The notes under the pieces are model-generated. The model saw only the letters and a program-made list of their open reading frames with translations. It ran no database searches and was not told where the DNA came from. A DNA stretch of 64,000 nucleotides. Origin: a virus. The translations under genes were made by a program, and so were the position numbers. Location: positions 32,001-96,000 of the IMG/VR virus record IMGVR_UViG_3300046832_001910; one strand, given 5' to 3'. Below, piece by piece: positions 17,008 through 26,087 of the stretch (position 1 is the first letter of the stretch; each line of letters opens with the position of its first letter).

Positions 17008-17079
17008 TCCTCGGTAGCTCAGAGGCAGAGCACATGACTGTTAATCATGGGGTCGGGATATCGTAATTCCCCCGGGGAG
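17008..17079 (+). tRNA. tRNA-Asn(GTT), atypical T-loop
   Basis: catga-ctGTTaa-tcatg; T-loop reads ATCGTAA. Confidence 0.85.
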
Positions 17080-17086
17080 CAAATAT

Positions 17087-17160
17087 TGGAATGTAGCTCA
17101 GTTGGTTAGAGCACTTGCCTGATACGCATGTGGCCGGCGGTTCGAGTCCGCCCATTCCAA
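17087..17160 (+). tRNA. tRNA-Ile(GAT)
   Basis: cttgc-ctGATac-gcatg (one stem mismatch). Confidence 0.85.
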
Positions 17161-17165
17161 CATAT

Positions 17166-17239
17166 GGTGGTCGTAGCTCAGTAGGTAGAGCACTGGATTG
17201 TGGTTCCAGTCGTCGCCGGTTCGATCCCGGTCGATCACC
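17166..17239 (+). tRNA. tRNA-His(GTG) with G-1
   Basis: ctgga-ttGTGgt-tccag. Confidence 0.95.
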
Positions 17240-17244
17240 CAAAA

Positions 17245-17315
17245 GGCACCGTGTCCGAGTGGTTAGGCGAAGGTCTGCAAAACCTTTTACACTGGTTCGA
17301 ATCCAGTCAGTGCCT
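17245..17315 (+). tRNA. tRNA-Cys(GCA)
   Basis: aaggt-ctGCAaa-acctt; U73. Confidence 0.95.
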
Positions 17316-17324
17316 CTAACATAT

Positions 17325-17397
17325 ACGTCTGTAGCTCAGTTGGTAGAGCACTGGTCTCCAAAACCAGGTGTCGGTGGTTCGAGCCCATCCAGTCGTG
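17325..17397 (+). tRNA. tRNA-Trp(CCA)
   Basis: ctggt-ctCCAaa-accag. Confidence 0.95.
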
Positions 17398-17413
17398 CTA
17401 ATACATAAACCAA

Positions 17414-17863
17414 ATGAAAGTGTTCAGAAAGACAAATGGGGTCAAGGTAAATGTGATTGAACACACCCTTGAACAGCTAAGGAATTTTCCTTATGCATCG
17501 ATTCACATCGGTACTGATTCTCAAAATCATGGAGATGTAACGGTTTATAGTACTGTCATTGCATATCGCTTTGGAAACACTGGTGTGCACTATATTGTGC
17601 ATAGGCAAAAATTCCCAAAGATTTCTGATATGTGGACTCGTCTTTGGAAAGAAGCAGAAATGAGTATTGAAACTGCTGAATGGCTAACACAACAAATTAA
17701 TGTTAAAATCTCTATTGATATGGACTATAACGGAGATGAAGGTTTCAAATCAAATAAGATCATATCAGCTGCAAAAGGCTGGGCAAATTCATTAGGATAT
17801 CCGGTTAATGTAAAGCCTAATGAACAAATTGCTACAAGGGCAGCAGACTATTGCTGTCGCTAA
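17414..17863 (+). CDS. RNase H-like YkuK/DUF458-family protein
   Basis: IGTDSQ, RLWKEAEMS, IDMDYN, ATRAAD motifs; embedded in the tRNA array. Confidence 0.75.
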   Translation: MKVFRKTNGVKVNVIEHTLEQLRNFPYASIHIGTDSQNHGDVTVYSTVIAYRFGNTGVHYIVHRQKFPKISDMWTRLWKEAEMSIETAEWLTQQINVKISIDMDYNGDEGFKSNKIISAAKGWANSLGYPVNVKPNEQIATRAADYCCR

Positions 17864-17864
17864 C

Positions 17865-17949
17865 GGAAGGTTACCCAAGTGGTGAAGGGGGCAGTTTGCT
17901 AAACTGTTAGGTCGGCAACGGCGCGAGGGTTCGATCCCCTCACCTTCCG
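17865..17949 (+). tRNA. tRNA-Ser(GCT)
   Basis: gcagt-ttGCTaa-actgt, long variable arm. Confidence 0.95.
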
Positions 17950-17999
17950 CTCTTTCAGAATGTAACTTTATGTATTATTATTAAATAAATAGTTTAGGT

Positions 18000-18197
18000 A
18001 TGAAACAGGATTTTATTTGGGTACGTAAGGTTATCCTAAACAATGATAATAGAACAGCTCATTATGACTCTTTATTGAGGTTAATTGAGTTGTTTACATT
18101 AAAGTGGAAACACAATGAAAAGGATCCACGCTTTCATGATGCATATGTTTCATATAAAGCTTTTTTGAAACTTACCCTTAGACAACAATATAATTAA
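18000..18197 (+). CDS. Hypothetical protein
   Basis: 65-aa ORF filling intergenic gap. Confidence 0.6.
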   Translation: MKQDFIWVRKVILNNDNRTAHYDSLLRLIELFTLKWKHNEKDPRFHDAYVSYKAFLKLTLRQQYN

Positions 18198-18232
18198 ACC
18201 AAACAGAGTTTTAGCATATAAAAATAAAAGGT

Positions 18233-20110
18233 ATGGCCGTAAGTGTAGAAAAGAGGTATCAAAAACTTACTGATACTGAGCACGTTCTCCTTCGTCCGGG
18301 TATGTACATTGGTTCAATTAAACCACATACCGAGGAAGTTTTTCTTATTAATGAAAAGAAAGGAAAGTTTGAACCTACAGAGATTACTTATAATCCAGGG
18401 TTTATTAAACTTTTTGATGAGATCGTATCCAATTCAGTTGATGAACATAAAAGAAATCCTAATCTTAACCAGATTAAAGTTACAGTAGATGAAGTAACTG
18501 GTCGTATATCAATCTGGGATAATGGTGGAATACCTGTAGAGATTCATAAAGAGTACGGAGAATGGGTTCCTGAAATGATCTTTAGTAATCTTAAAACAGG
18601 AAGTAACTTTGATGATACCGAAGATCGTACTGTTGTTGGTACCAATGGCGTTGGTAGTACTCTTACCAATATATTTAGTAAAGAATTTAGAATTGAAACA
18701 TGTGATGGCAAAAAATCATTCTTACAGATTTTTTCAAATAACATGTCATCTAGGACAGAGCCGGTAATTAAATCTCATAAGAAAGGCTATACTGAAATTT
18801 CATACATTGCAGATTTTGATAGATTTGGAATGAAGAAGATTGATAAGTCTTCTCTACAAATGATCCAAAGAAGGCTTTATGATATTGCTGCATGTAATAC
18901 TTCACTAAAGATTTATCTTAATGATACCTTAATATCATTTAAGAACTTTAAGGAATACGCTGAACTCTATACTGATAATGTTTTTTATGAGCAGTCTCAA
19001 AATTGGAGAATTGGTATAGGTCATTCTACCTCAGGATTTAAAGCAATATCATTTGTAAATTCAGTAGAGACTAAAGACGGTGGTACACATGTTAATAATG
19101 TAACATTTCAAATCATTCAGTATCTTAGAGAAAAGATTAAGAAAAAGTACCGTGTAGATGTAAAGCCTACTGACTTAAAACAACACATCTTTCTATTCAT
19201 TGACTGTACTGTAATTAATCCGGCTTTCTCATCTCAAACAAAAGAGAAACTCATTACTGAACCAAAGGACTTTGGAAGTATTCATGAACTTTCAGAAAAG
19301 ATACTTAAACAAGTATTTGGTTCAGAAATCATTCAATCGGTTCTTGATTGGATTGAAAGAAAACAAGCAGCCGAAGAAAGAGCAAAACTTAGAAAGTTAA
19401 ATAATAACCTTGATAAGTCAAAGGTAATTAAACTTATTGATGCTAAGAAAACGGGAGATAGGAAAGGATGTACCCTTGCAATCTTTGAAGGTGATTCTGC
19501 ATCATCTGCATTCCGCCGTTACCGTGACCCACAAACACAGGGTGCATTTCCTCTCCGTGGAAAGTTTATTAATGTAAGAGAAATTCCTGACTCAAAGGTT
19601 GTACAAAATAAAGAAGTACAATCTCTTATGGCAGCAATTGGATTAAAGATTGGTCATGAACCAAAGGATCTCCGTTATGGTAAAGTTTTACTTTATACCG
19701 ATGCCGATGTTGATGGTAATTCAATTTCTGCTCTTCTTATAAACTTCTTTGGTAAGTATTGGCCTGAATTATTTGAGGAAGGTAAAATCTTAAAGGTTGA
19801 AACACCTCTTATGGTTGCAAAGAAAGGAAAAGAAACTCTTAGTTTTTATTCTGATGAAGAGTATAAAGAATGGGAACAAAAACAAAAATCATTATCTTCG
19901 TGGAATATTGAATATAAGAAAGGATTGGCTGCATTGGAGGACGAGGAATATCAGGAGATCATTAGAAGCCCTAGATCATACTTTCTTACAAAAGATAATG
20001 GATTTAACAGTACATTAAATATCTGGTTTGCAGGTGACTCTACACCCCGCAAAAAGAAAATTTTAGGAGAATCTGTAGAAATTAAAACAAGCAATAAATC
20101 TCTTTTTTAA
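18233..20110 (+). CDS. Type II topoisomerase ATPase/TOPRIM subunit (gp39+60-like)
   Basis: EHVLLRPGMYIGS, EIVSNSVDE, GTNGVG, EGDSA, PLRGK, TDADVDG, YKKGL. Confidence 0.95.
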   Translation: MAVSVEKRYQKLTDTEHVLLRPGMYIGSIKPHTEEVFLINEKKGKFEPTEITYNPGFIKLFDEIVSNSVDEHKRNPNLNQIKVTVDEVTGRISIWDNGGIPVEIHKEYGEWVPEMIFSNLKTGSNFDDTEDRTVVGTNGVGSTLTNIFSKEFRIETCDGKKSFLQIFSNNMSSRTEPVIKSHKKGYTEISYIADFDRFGMKKIDKSSLQMIQRRLYDIAACNTSLKIYLNDTLISFKNFKEYAELYTDNVFYEQSQNWRIGIGHSTSGFKAISFVNSVETKDGGTHVNNVTFQIIQYLREKIKKKYRVDVKPTDLKQHIFLFIDCTVINPAFSSQTKEKLITEPKDFGSIHELSEKILKQVFGSEIIQSVLDWIERKQAAEERAKLRKLNNNLDKSKVIKLIDAKKTGDRKGCTLAIFEGDSASSAFRRYRDPQTQGAFPLRGKFINVREIPDSKVVQNKEVQSLMAAIGLKIGHEPKDLRYGKVLLYTDADVDGNSISALLINFFGKYWPELFEEGKILKVETPLMVAKKGKETLSFYSDEEYKEWEQKQKSLSSWNIEYKKGLAALEDEEYQEIIRSPRSYFLTKDNGFNSTLNIWFAGDSTPRKKKILGESVEIKTSNKSLF

Positions 20111-21453
20111 TGGAAAAAAGAACAGTAACATCATTCTTTGATAAAGAATATTTGGAGTATGCAAAATATGTGGTAGAGAACCGCGCTATTCCAAGTTGTA
20201 TTGACGGCCTTAAACCAACCCAAAGAAAGGTTGTTTTCGTTGCAAATAAGATTTGGAAAAATGGATCTGAAAAGCCAATGAAATTATTCCAACTTGCAGG
20301 TCGTGTAGCAGCTGAAGCATATTATCATCACGGTAATACTTCCTTGGAATCTGCTATGGTTGGTATGGCACAAAAGTTTAAGAACTCTTTACCTCTCTTA
20401 GATGGAATAGGTCAATTTGGTTCTCTGCGTTCACCTTCTGCTGGTGCACCTCGTTACATCAGTGCAAAATTACATCCTAACTTTAGACTAATCTATCAAG
20501 ATTTTGAACTTCTAAATAATAAGATTGAAGAAGGTGAAGAAATTGAACCAGACTTTTTTCTTCCGATTGTACCAACTGTGATCTTAAATGGATCATCCGG
20601 TATTGCTGTAGGATTTGCTACAAACATTCTTAACCGCAATCCTAAAGATGTAGTTGAAGCATGTTTGGCCGTTCTTAGAGATAAGAAGATTAAAACCCTT
20701 TCACCTTGGTTAAGTGAGTTCAAAGGAACATTTACCAGAGATCCAGGTAATCCTAATACATGGAAAATAAGTGGATCTTACCAGGTAGTAAATAGTACAA
20801 CAGTAAAGGTAACAGAAATTCCACCTTCATTTACATATGAGAGATATGAAGAGTGGTTAAATTCATTAGTTGAAAAACGTATTATTGTTGATTATGAAGA
20901 TAACTCATCGGATAAGATTGAATATCTTCTTAAGTTTCAGAGAGCAATCTTAAAGGACTACATATCAAAAGATAGGTTAGAAAATCTTCTTAAGATACAT
21001 TCACAGGAAACTGAAAACCTAACAACTATCGATGAAACTGGTAAACTAAAGATCTTTACTAAGGCAGAAGATATTGTTACTCACTTCGTAGGAATAAGAC
21101 TACAATTTTATCATAAGAGAAAGGCCTATCTTTTAGATAAGTTAGGTAGAGAACTTTTAATCATATCAAATAAGGCAAGATTTATTAAGGATATCATTGA
21201 AGGTAAACTTAAAGTAAATAATGTAGCAAAAGATATTATTGTTAAGTACCTTGATGATAATAAATATGACCGGGTTGATGGATCATATACATACCTATTA
21301 AGTATGGCAATCTATTCATTAACAAAGGAGCGGTTTGAAGAATTACTTAAACAGAAAGCCGATAAGGAAGCTGAGGTTGAAGCTATTAAGAAAACCGACC
21401 CTAAGGATATGTATATAAGTGATCTAGAACAATTGAAAAAATCTTTAGGTTAA
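20110..21453 (+). CDS. Type II topoisomerase breakage-reunion subunit (gp52-like)
   Basis: RAIPSCIDGLKPTQRK, YHHG, APRY catalytic Tyr, GIAVGFAT. Confidence 0.95.
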   Translation: MEKRTVTSFFDKEYLEYAKYVVENRAIPSCIDGLKPTQRKVVFVANKIWKNGSEKPMKLFQLAGRVAAEAYYHHGNTSLESAMVGMAQKFKNSLPLLDGIGQFGSLRSPSAGAPRYISAKLHPNFRLIYQDFELLNNKIEEGEEIEPDFFLPIVPTVILNGSSGIAVGFATNILNRNPKDVVEACLAVLRDKKIKTLSPWLSEFKGTFTRDPGNPNTWKISGSYQVVNSTTVKVTEIPPSFTYERYEEWLNSLVEKRIIVDYEDNSSDKIEYLLKFQRAILKDYISKDRLENLLKIHSQETENLTTIDETGKLKIFTKAEDIVTHFVGIRLQFYHKRKAYLLDKLGRELLIISNKARFIKDIIEGKLKVNNVAKDIIVKYLDDNKYDRVDGSYTYLLSMAIYSLTKERFEELLKQKADKEAEVEAIKKTDPKDMYISDLEQLKKSLG

Positions 21454-21493
21454 TGAAACCTATTAGGATTAATCAATATAAAAAATAAATACC

Positions 21494-21661
21494 ATGAAAA
21501 AGTACATCATAGTTGGAAGTGGGGTTAAGTGGACATGTGAAGCCAGTTCTGAACAGGAAGCATGGGAATCTCTTGCCCAGATTAAACAACTACCTGTAAA
21601 AGAACTCAAAAAGATGTTTACATTAATGAACTCAGATCCAGATATCTCTAAAAATCAATAA
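21494..21661 (+). CDS. Small hypothetical protein (55 aa, below ORF-track cutoff)
   Basis: MKKYIIVGSGVKWTCEASSEQEAWE...; follows promoter 21456-21482. Confidence 0.6.
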   Translation: MKKYIIVGSGVKWTCEASSEQEAWESLAQIKQLPVKELKKMFTLMNSDPDISKNQ

Positions 21662-21663
21662 AC

Positions 21664-21891
21664 ATGTTAATAGAACAAACCTCGATGACAGACTCATCAA
21701 TGATTAAAAAAGCAGTTTACAATTTTTCTGCTAGTACCTTAAAAATTGAATTTAACTCAGGTGCTGTTTATGAATATTCAAATGTTGATTCTCAAACATA
21801 TGAAGAGTTTTGTAAAGCAGAATCTCAAGGTAAATTCTTTAATGAAAAAATCAAAAACAATTATCAAAACTTTAAACTTTTATTAGACTAA
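21664..21891 (+). CDS. KTSC-domain protein
   Basis: SSMIKKAVY...LKIEFNSGAVYEYSNV...AESQGKFFNEKIK. Confidence 0.9.
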   Translation: MLIEQTSMTDSSMIKKAVYNFSASTLKIEFNSGAVYEYSNVDSQTYEEFCKAESQGKFFNEKIKNNYQNFKLLLD

Positions 21892-21893
21892 TT

Positions 21894-22148
21894 ATGGGAC
21901 CTAGTAATGTAATGTATGATGCCCTTAAGGCACAATTTGAAGCACAGAAGCAAAAGGCTCTTGCTACTCTTACAATCTATTTAACCAACCCGGTTGGTAT
22001 TGGGGAGCACCCTCAACATATTGATGAAATGGTTACTATGACCAGATCTTTGGCTGAGGCAATTGATTGTATTGAAACTTTAGAAAAAACATTTGAAGTA
22101 AAAGCTCCTAAGGTAAATGAAAACGAGGAAAATGAAAACTCTAACTGA
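21894..22148 (+). CDS. Hypothetical phage protein
   Basis: YLTNPVGIGEHP motif. Confidence 0.7.
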   Translation: MGPSNVMYDALKAQFEAQKQKALATLTIYLTNPVGIGEHPQHIDEMVTMTRSLAEAIDCIETLEKTFEVKAPKVNENEENENSN

Positions 22149-22359
22149 AATCGTACAGAGACTACTTGATGAAGGCCATATCTCTGCCGAGGAAGCTGTA
22201 ATCATTTTACAAACAGAGGTAAATAAATCTTACCCAGTTTATATTCCAGCACCTATGCCTTCATTACCTTATAGCCCACCATTTAAGCCTGGTGATATTT
22301 GGTATACTTCATCAACAAACTTTCCAATAGCAGGTTCAAAAGATAACACAAATGAATAA
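22132..22359 (+). CDS. Hypothetical protein
   Basis: Overlapping chain of ORFs; start 22117 or 22132. Confidence 0.6.
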   Translation: MKTLTEIVQRLLDEGHISAEEAVIILQTEVNKSYPVYIPAPMPSLPYSPPFKPGDIWYTSSTNFPIAGSKDNTNE

Positions 22360-22831
22360 AGTAATCCTAGTAGGAAAGGCTGCGGCTGGAAAAGATCATA
22401 TGAGAAAAGTAATGGAAGGCCGTGGATTTATCTACGGCACTTCTTATACTACACGTCCTCCAAGAGAAGGTGAAATTGATGGCCAGGATTATTACTTTAT
22501 GACCAAAGAGCAATTTGAAGAAGGTATAGAGAATAACTTTTGGTATGAGTGGGTTGAATTTAATGGTTGGTATTATGGAACTAGTCATAAGCAGTTCAAA
22601 GAACAGTGTAACCTATTCATAATGACTCCTATTGGAATCTCTCACATCAATCCAATTGATCGTAAAGAGTGTACTATCATTTATCTTAATATGCCAACTG
22701 AGGTAAGAAGACAAAGACTACAGAATCGTAATATGCCAGGTGATACTTTAGAACGTAGAATCGAGGCTGATGAAAAAGACTTTGCAAACTTTACCGATTT
22801 TGATATTGAGATAAACAATCATAATTTCTAA
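22352..22831 (+). CDS. gmk: Guanylate kinase-like
   Basis: GKAAAGKD P-loop, SYTTRPPREGEIDGQDYYF, YYGT. Confidence 0.9.
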   Translation: MNKVILVGKAAAGKDHMRKVMEGRGFIYGTSYTTRPPREGEIDGQDYYFMTKEQFEEGIENNFWYEWVEFNGWYYGTSHKQFKEQCNLFIMTPIGISHINPIDRKECTIIYLNMPTEVRRQRLQNRNMPGDTLERRIEADEKDFANFTDFDIEINNHNF

Positions 22832-22845
22832 CATATAAAAATAAA

Positions 22846-23445
22846 ATGAGTAAATTCATTATCATTGAAGGTACCGATAATACCGGTAAAGATACACAGC
22901 AAAATCTTATTATAAAGAATCTTAAAGATACAGTATTTCATAAAGTACATTATTCATCTTTACCTTTTAAAGATGATACTGAAATGCATACTAAGTATTC
23001 ACATAAGATGTATAATGATATGTTTAAGATGATGGTTTTGGCAAAGGACCAAGACATTAACATTATCTTTAATCGTTCTCATTTAGGTGAAAGCATTTAC
23101 TCTCCACTCTATCGAGGTTACTCTGGCGATTATGTATTTGATATTGAAAAACAATATGTAAATACATTAAGAGAAAATCTCTATCTTATTACTCTTACAA
23201 ATGATCCTCATACCATTTGGAGTAGAGATGATGGAAAATCATTTTACAAAAATGAAGAAGGTATTAAAGCCGAGGTTGATGGTTTTGTTCGTGCTCATCG
23301 CCTAAGTAAGATTAAGAACAAACTTCTTCTTAATGTTGGTACAATGAGTGCCGATGAAGTATCTAAAATCATTATAGATTTTCTATCACATGAAAATACT
23401 ATAACGGGAGATCCAAAACAATTAGCAATGTTTGATCATGAGTAA
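22846..23445 (+). CDS. dNMP (thymidylate-like) kinase
   Basis: IIEGTDNTGKDT P-loop; FNRSHLGESIYSPLYRG. Confidence 0.8.
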   Translation: MSKFIIIEGTDNTGKDTQQNLIIKNLKDTVFHKVHYSSLPFKDDTEMHTKYSHKMYNDMFKMMVLAKDQDINIIFNRSHLGESIYSPLYRGYSGDYVFDIEKQYVNTLRENLYLITLTNDPHTIWSRDDGKSFYKNEEGIKAEVDGFVRAHRLSKIKNKLLLNVGTMSADEVSKIIIDFLSHENTITGDPKQLAMFDHE

Positions 23446-23626
23446 ATGGAGGGAAGAACGTATGTATGAAATAATGCATCATCTATGGGATAATCCAAAG
23501 TTGATGGAATTGTATGAACTTGAAATGAAAAAGGCTCATGCAGAAAAATATGTAGAAGAGTTCTTTCCAAAAATGGAAAAATGTTACGAAAAAGCTTTAA
23601 AAGAATATGAGAATTTACAAGGGTGA
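23438..23626 (+). CDS. Hypothetical protein
   Basis: Short ORF overlapping both neighbours. Confidence 0.55.
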   Translation: MSKWREERMYEIMHHLWDNPKLMELYELEMKKAHAEKYVEEFFPKMEKCYEKALKEYENLQG

Positions 23627-24488
23627 AACGTTTGCTGACGTTTATCAAACAGCACTTAATGATGTACTTAATTACCCAGAGTATGTAACCTCCCCAAGAG
23701 GTATGAAAATTTTTGAGGTAACTAATGCTGCACTTGTTATTGAAGATCCAACATTCCCTCTTTATGAAAATAAAAGAAGAAGTAGTCAATTCAAATACAT
23801 AGGTGCAGAATTAGTTTGGTATTTTACAGGCCGTAGAGATACTGCTTTCATTTCTAAATTTGCAAAATTCTGGGAACAGATTGATAACGGAAATGGTACC
23901 GTAAATTCTGCTTATGGCAGTCTTATCTTTGCTGATAAAAATATTCATAATATTAATCAATACCAATGGGCATTACAGTCCTTAATTGAAGATAAAGATT
24001 CTCGTCAAGCAATTATACATTTTAATACTCCTAATCATCAATGGAAAGGTAATAAAGATTTTGTTTGTACTTTAACTGGTGTTTTTCAGATCCGTGATAA
24101 TCAATTAAACTTTACCATTGATATGAGATCAAATGATCTTATACTTGGTACTCCAACTGATGTTGCATTCTTCTGTCTTTTACAACAGCAAATGTATCAT
24201 CATCTTAAGAAACACTATCCTGAATTGGAAATGGGTACATATACTCATATTGTACATTCACTTCATATTTATGAAAGACATTTCTCGCTAATTCATGAAA
24301 TGCTTCAACAGTCTTTTGATCCAATCAGTTTTCCTGAAATTAGAGAGTTTCTGATTGATCCTAACGGTAATCCATTAGATGGCATTAAAGAAATTGAAAA
24401 TGAAATTGAATCAGGTGCCCAAGAAATTCGTGTAAAAGATGACCCTTTACATAATTGGATATCCGATGCGATTTTTATGGATATATAA
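23607..24488 (+). CDS. Thymidylate synthase-family protein, probable dCMP hydroxymethylase/methylase
   Basis: SRQA, DFVCT catalytic Cys, MRSNDLILGTPTD (Asp at the ThyA Asn specificity position), SLHIYERH. Confidence 0.75.
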   Translation: MRIYKGETFADVYQTALNDVLNYPEYVTSPRGMKIFEVTNAALVIEDPTFPLYENKRRSSQFKYIGAELVWYFTGRRDTAFISKFAKFWEQIDNGNGTVNSAYGSLIFADKNIHNINQYQWALQSLIEDKDSRQAIIHFNTPNHQWKGNKDFVCTLTGVFQIRDNQLNFTIDMRSNDLILGTPTDVAFFCLLQQQMYHHLKKHYPELEMGTYTHIVHSLHIYERHFSLIHEMLQQSFDPISFPEIREFLIDPNGNPLDGIKEIENEIESGAQEIRVKDDPLHNWISDAIFMDI

Positions 24489-24506
24489 AAAAATAGCCAT
24501 AGCTCA

Positions 24507-25457
24507 ATGAAACACATCAAACTCTTTGAAGAATTTATTAATGAAGCAGTAGAAGATAGCGGTCTAAAGAAAGTCTATCTCGCTACTCGTCGTGATAGCG
24601 GACAAAGATGGTGGTCATATAAAGGATTTGCTGGTGATAAATTCTTTATCCAAGTAACTGAAAATAATATTGATAAGTTGGATATTAATCCTGACTATCC
24701 TGTATTAAATTATCATAGTACTATTGTTGATGAACTACTAAAGAAAGGAAAGATTAAAGAAGAAAATATCTATAATCATCCAAAGTACATTCCACTATCC
24801 GGTTCAAAGAAAGAGTTTCATAAACTTGTAGGTGAAGATGAAAATGTTCCTAAAACGGTTTACTCAAAGAATGAGGCATTAGAAAAGTTAAACTTTCCTA
24901 TTATTGCAAAACCTGCAAACGGTCACAGCGGAATAGGAATCCAGGTAATTAAGAAACCTGAATTGATGGAAGATATTGATGAGAAAGTATTTGATACTTT
25001 TTCTGAATATGTTGATAAGGTTGAGGAAATGAGATTCTTTAACTTTAAAGGTCAACCTATCTTTTGGATGGAAAGAACACCTGCAAACAGTAAAGCTAAG
25101 TCTGGTGATGGTAAGACTGATGAAGAGATGGAATTTAATTATGCAAAAAGAAACGTAGATAAAGTTCCTGCTGATTATAAGAAGGTCTTAGAAAAGTACT
25201 GTAAGATTTTTGAAAAGTTTCCTTACATCTGTTTTGATATGATGAAGGATAAAAATGGTAAGATCTTTGTAATTGAATCAAATGCCCAACCTGGCGTACC
25301 TTTTGATAGTACGGTTCAAATTTACAAAAAGATATATGAAGATTTCTATGGCAAACCGCTAGACGAAAAATCTCTTCAAAAACTGGATGAATACTCCAAG
25401 GAAATGGTTGAAAGAACGCTAAAACGTGATAGTGGAAGATTTTCAATAAAAAATTGA
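24507..25457 (+). CDS. ATP-grasp (RimK-like) protein with MKHIKLFEEF N-terminus
   Basis: VPKT, FPIIAKPANGHSGIG, FDMM, VIESNAQPG. Confidence 0.75.
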   Translation: MKHIKLFEEFINEAVEDSGLKKVYLATRRDSGQRWWSYKGFAGDKFFIQVTENNIDKLDINPDYPVLNYHSTIVDELLKKGKIKEENIYNHPKYIPLSGSKKEFHKLVGEDENVPKTVYSKNEALEKLNFPIIAKPANGHSGIGIQVIKKPELMEDIDEKVFDTFSEYVDKVEEMRFFNFKGQPIFWMERTPANSKAKSGDGKTDEEMEFNYAKRNVDKVPADYKKVLEKYCKIFEKFPYICFDMMKDKNGKIFVIESNAQPGVPFDSTVQIYKKIYEDFYGKPLDEKSLQKLDEYSKEMVERTLKRDSGRFSIKN

Positions 25458-25475
25458 AAAAAGTCTACAAAAAAT

Positions 25476-25506
25476 TTTCAATTCTCGTTTTTTTGTTTTA
25501 TATTTG
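25476..25506 (+). promoter_or_regulatory. Host-type promoter TTTCA-N17-TTATATTTG upstream of phosphoesterase/sigma genes
   Basis: Matches the 13702/63483 element core and the TAnnTTTG -7 box. Confidence 0.6.
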
Positions 25507-25544
25507 TACTGATGGTATATTAATACTATCTTAAATCAAATAAT

Positions 25545-26087
25545 ATGTCTGAGGAACTGAACAAAATTTCTGACTTTTATATTACATCTGATACGTGGTT
25601 TGGTCGACCACAAATACTTGAGATAGCAAAGAGAACACAGTTTGCAACGGTTGAAGAAATGAATGATCAACTCGTTAAGAACTGGAATAAGGTTGTTAAA
25701 TCATCTGACTTGGTTTTTCATTTAGGTAATTTTGCATGGGATCCTCTTACTGCAAGAACTATACTTAAAAAACTAAAAGGAAAAATCTTTTTTCTTATTG
25801 GTAATGCTGATGAAGCCTTATTGGAAGTAGCTGAGGAGTTTGAAAATGTAGTAATTCTTGATCATCAAATCGTTGAATTACCTCAATTTGATTCTGTTCT
25901 TTGTCATTACCCTTTAGAGGTATGGAACGGAAAATCTTCAGGAACAATTCATTTTCATGGACATACTGTTTTTTCTCATAAAACCGACTTAAGAGTTTCC
26001 AATCGTATTAACACGTGCGTAGACTTTTGGTCATATTCACCAATTAAATTTTCGGCAATTAAAGAATTCGTAAATGGCAAAATCTAA
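25545..26087 (+). CDS. Calcineurin-like metallophosphoesterase fold with degenerate metal ligands
   Basis: SDTW, LGNF, GNAD, HGHTV in place of DxH, GD, GNHD, GHxH; MNDQLVKNWN, CHYP. Confidence 0.8.
   Translation: MSEELNKISDFYITSDTWFGRPQILEIAKRTQFATVEEMNDQLVKNWNKVVKSSDLVFHLGNFAWDPLTARTILKKLKGKIFFLIGNADEALLEVAEEFENVVILDHQIVELPQFDSVLCHYPLEVWNGKSSGTIHFHGHTVFSHKTDLRVSNRINTCVDFWSYSPIKFSAIKEFVNGKI

Noticed and set aside
15412-17408. ORF-track calls over the tRNA region (e.g. 15421-15654, 15946-16149, 17115-17408)
   Set aside because: They overlap clear tRNA cloverleafs; these are shadow ORFs from higher GC content
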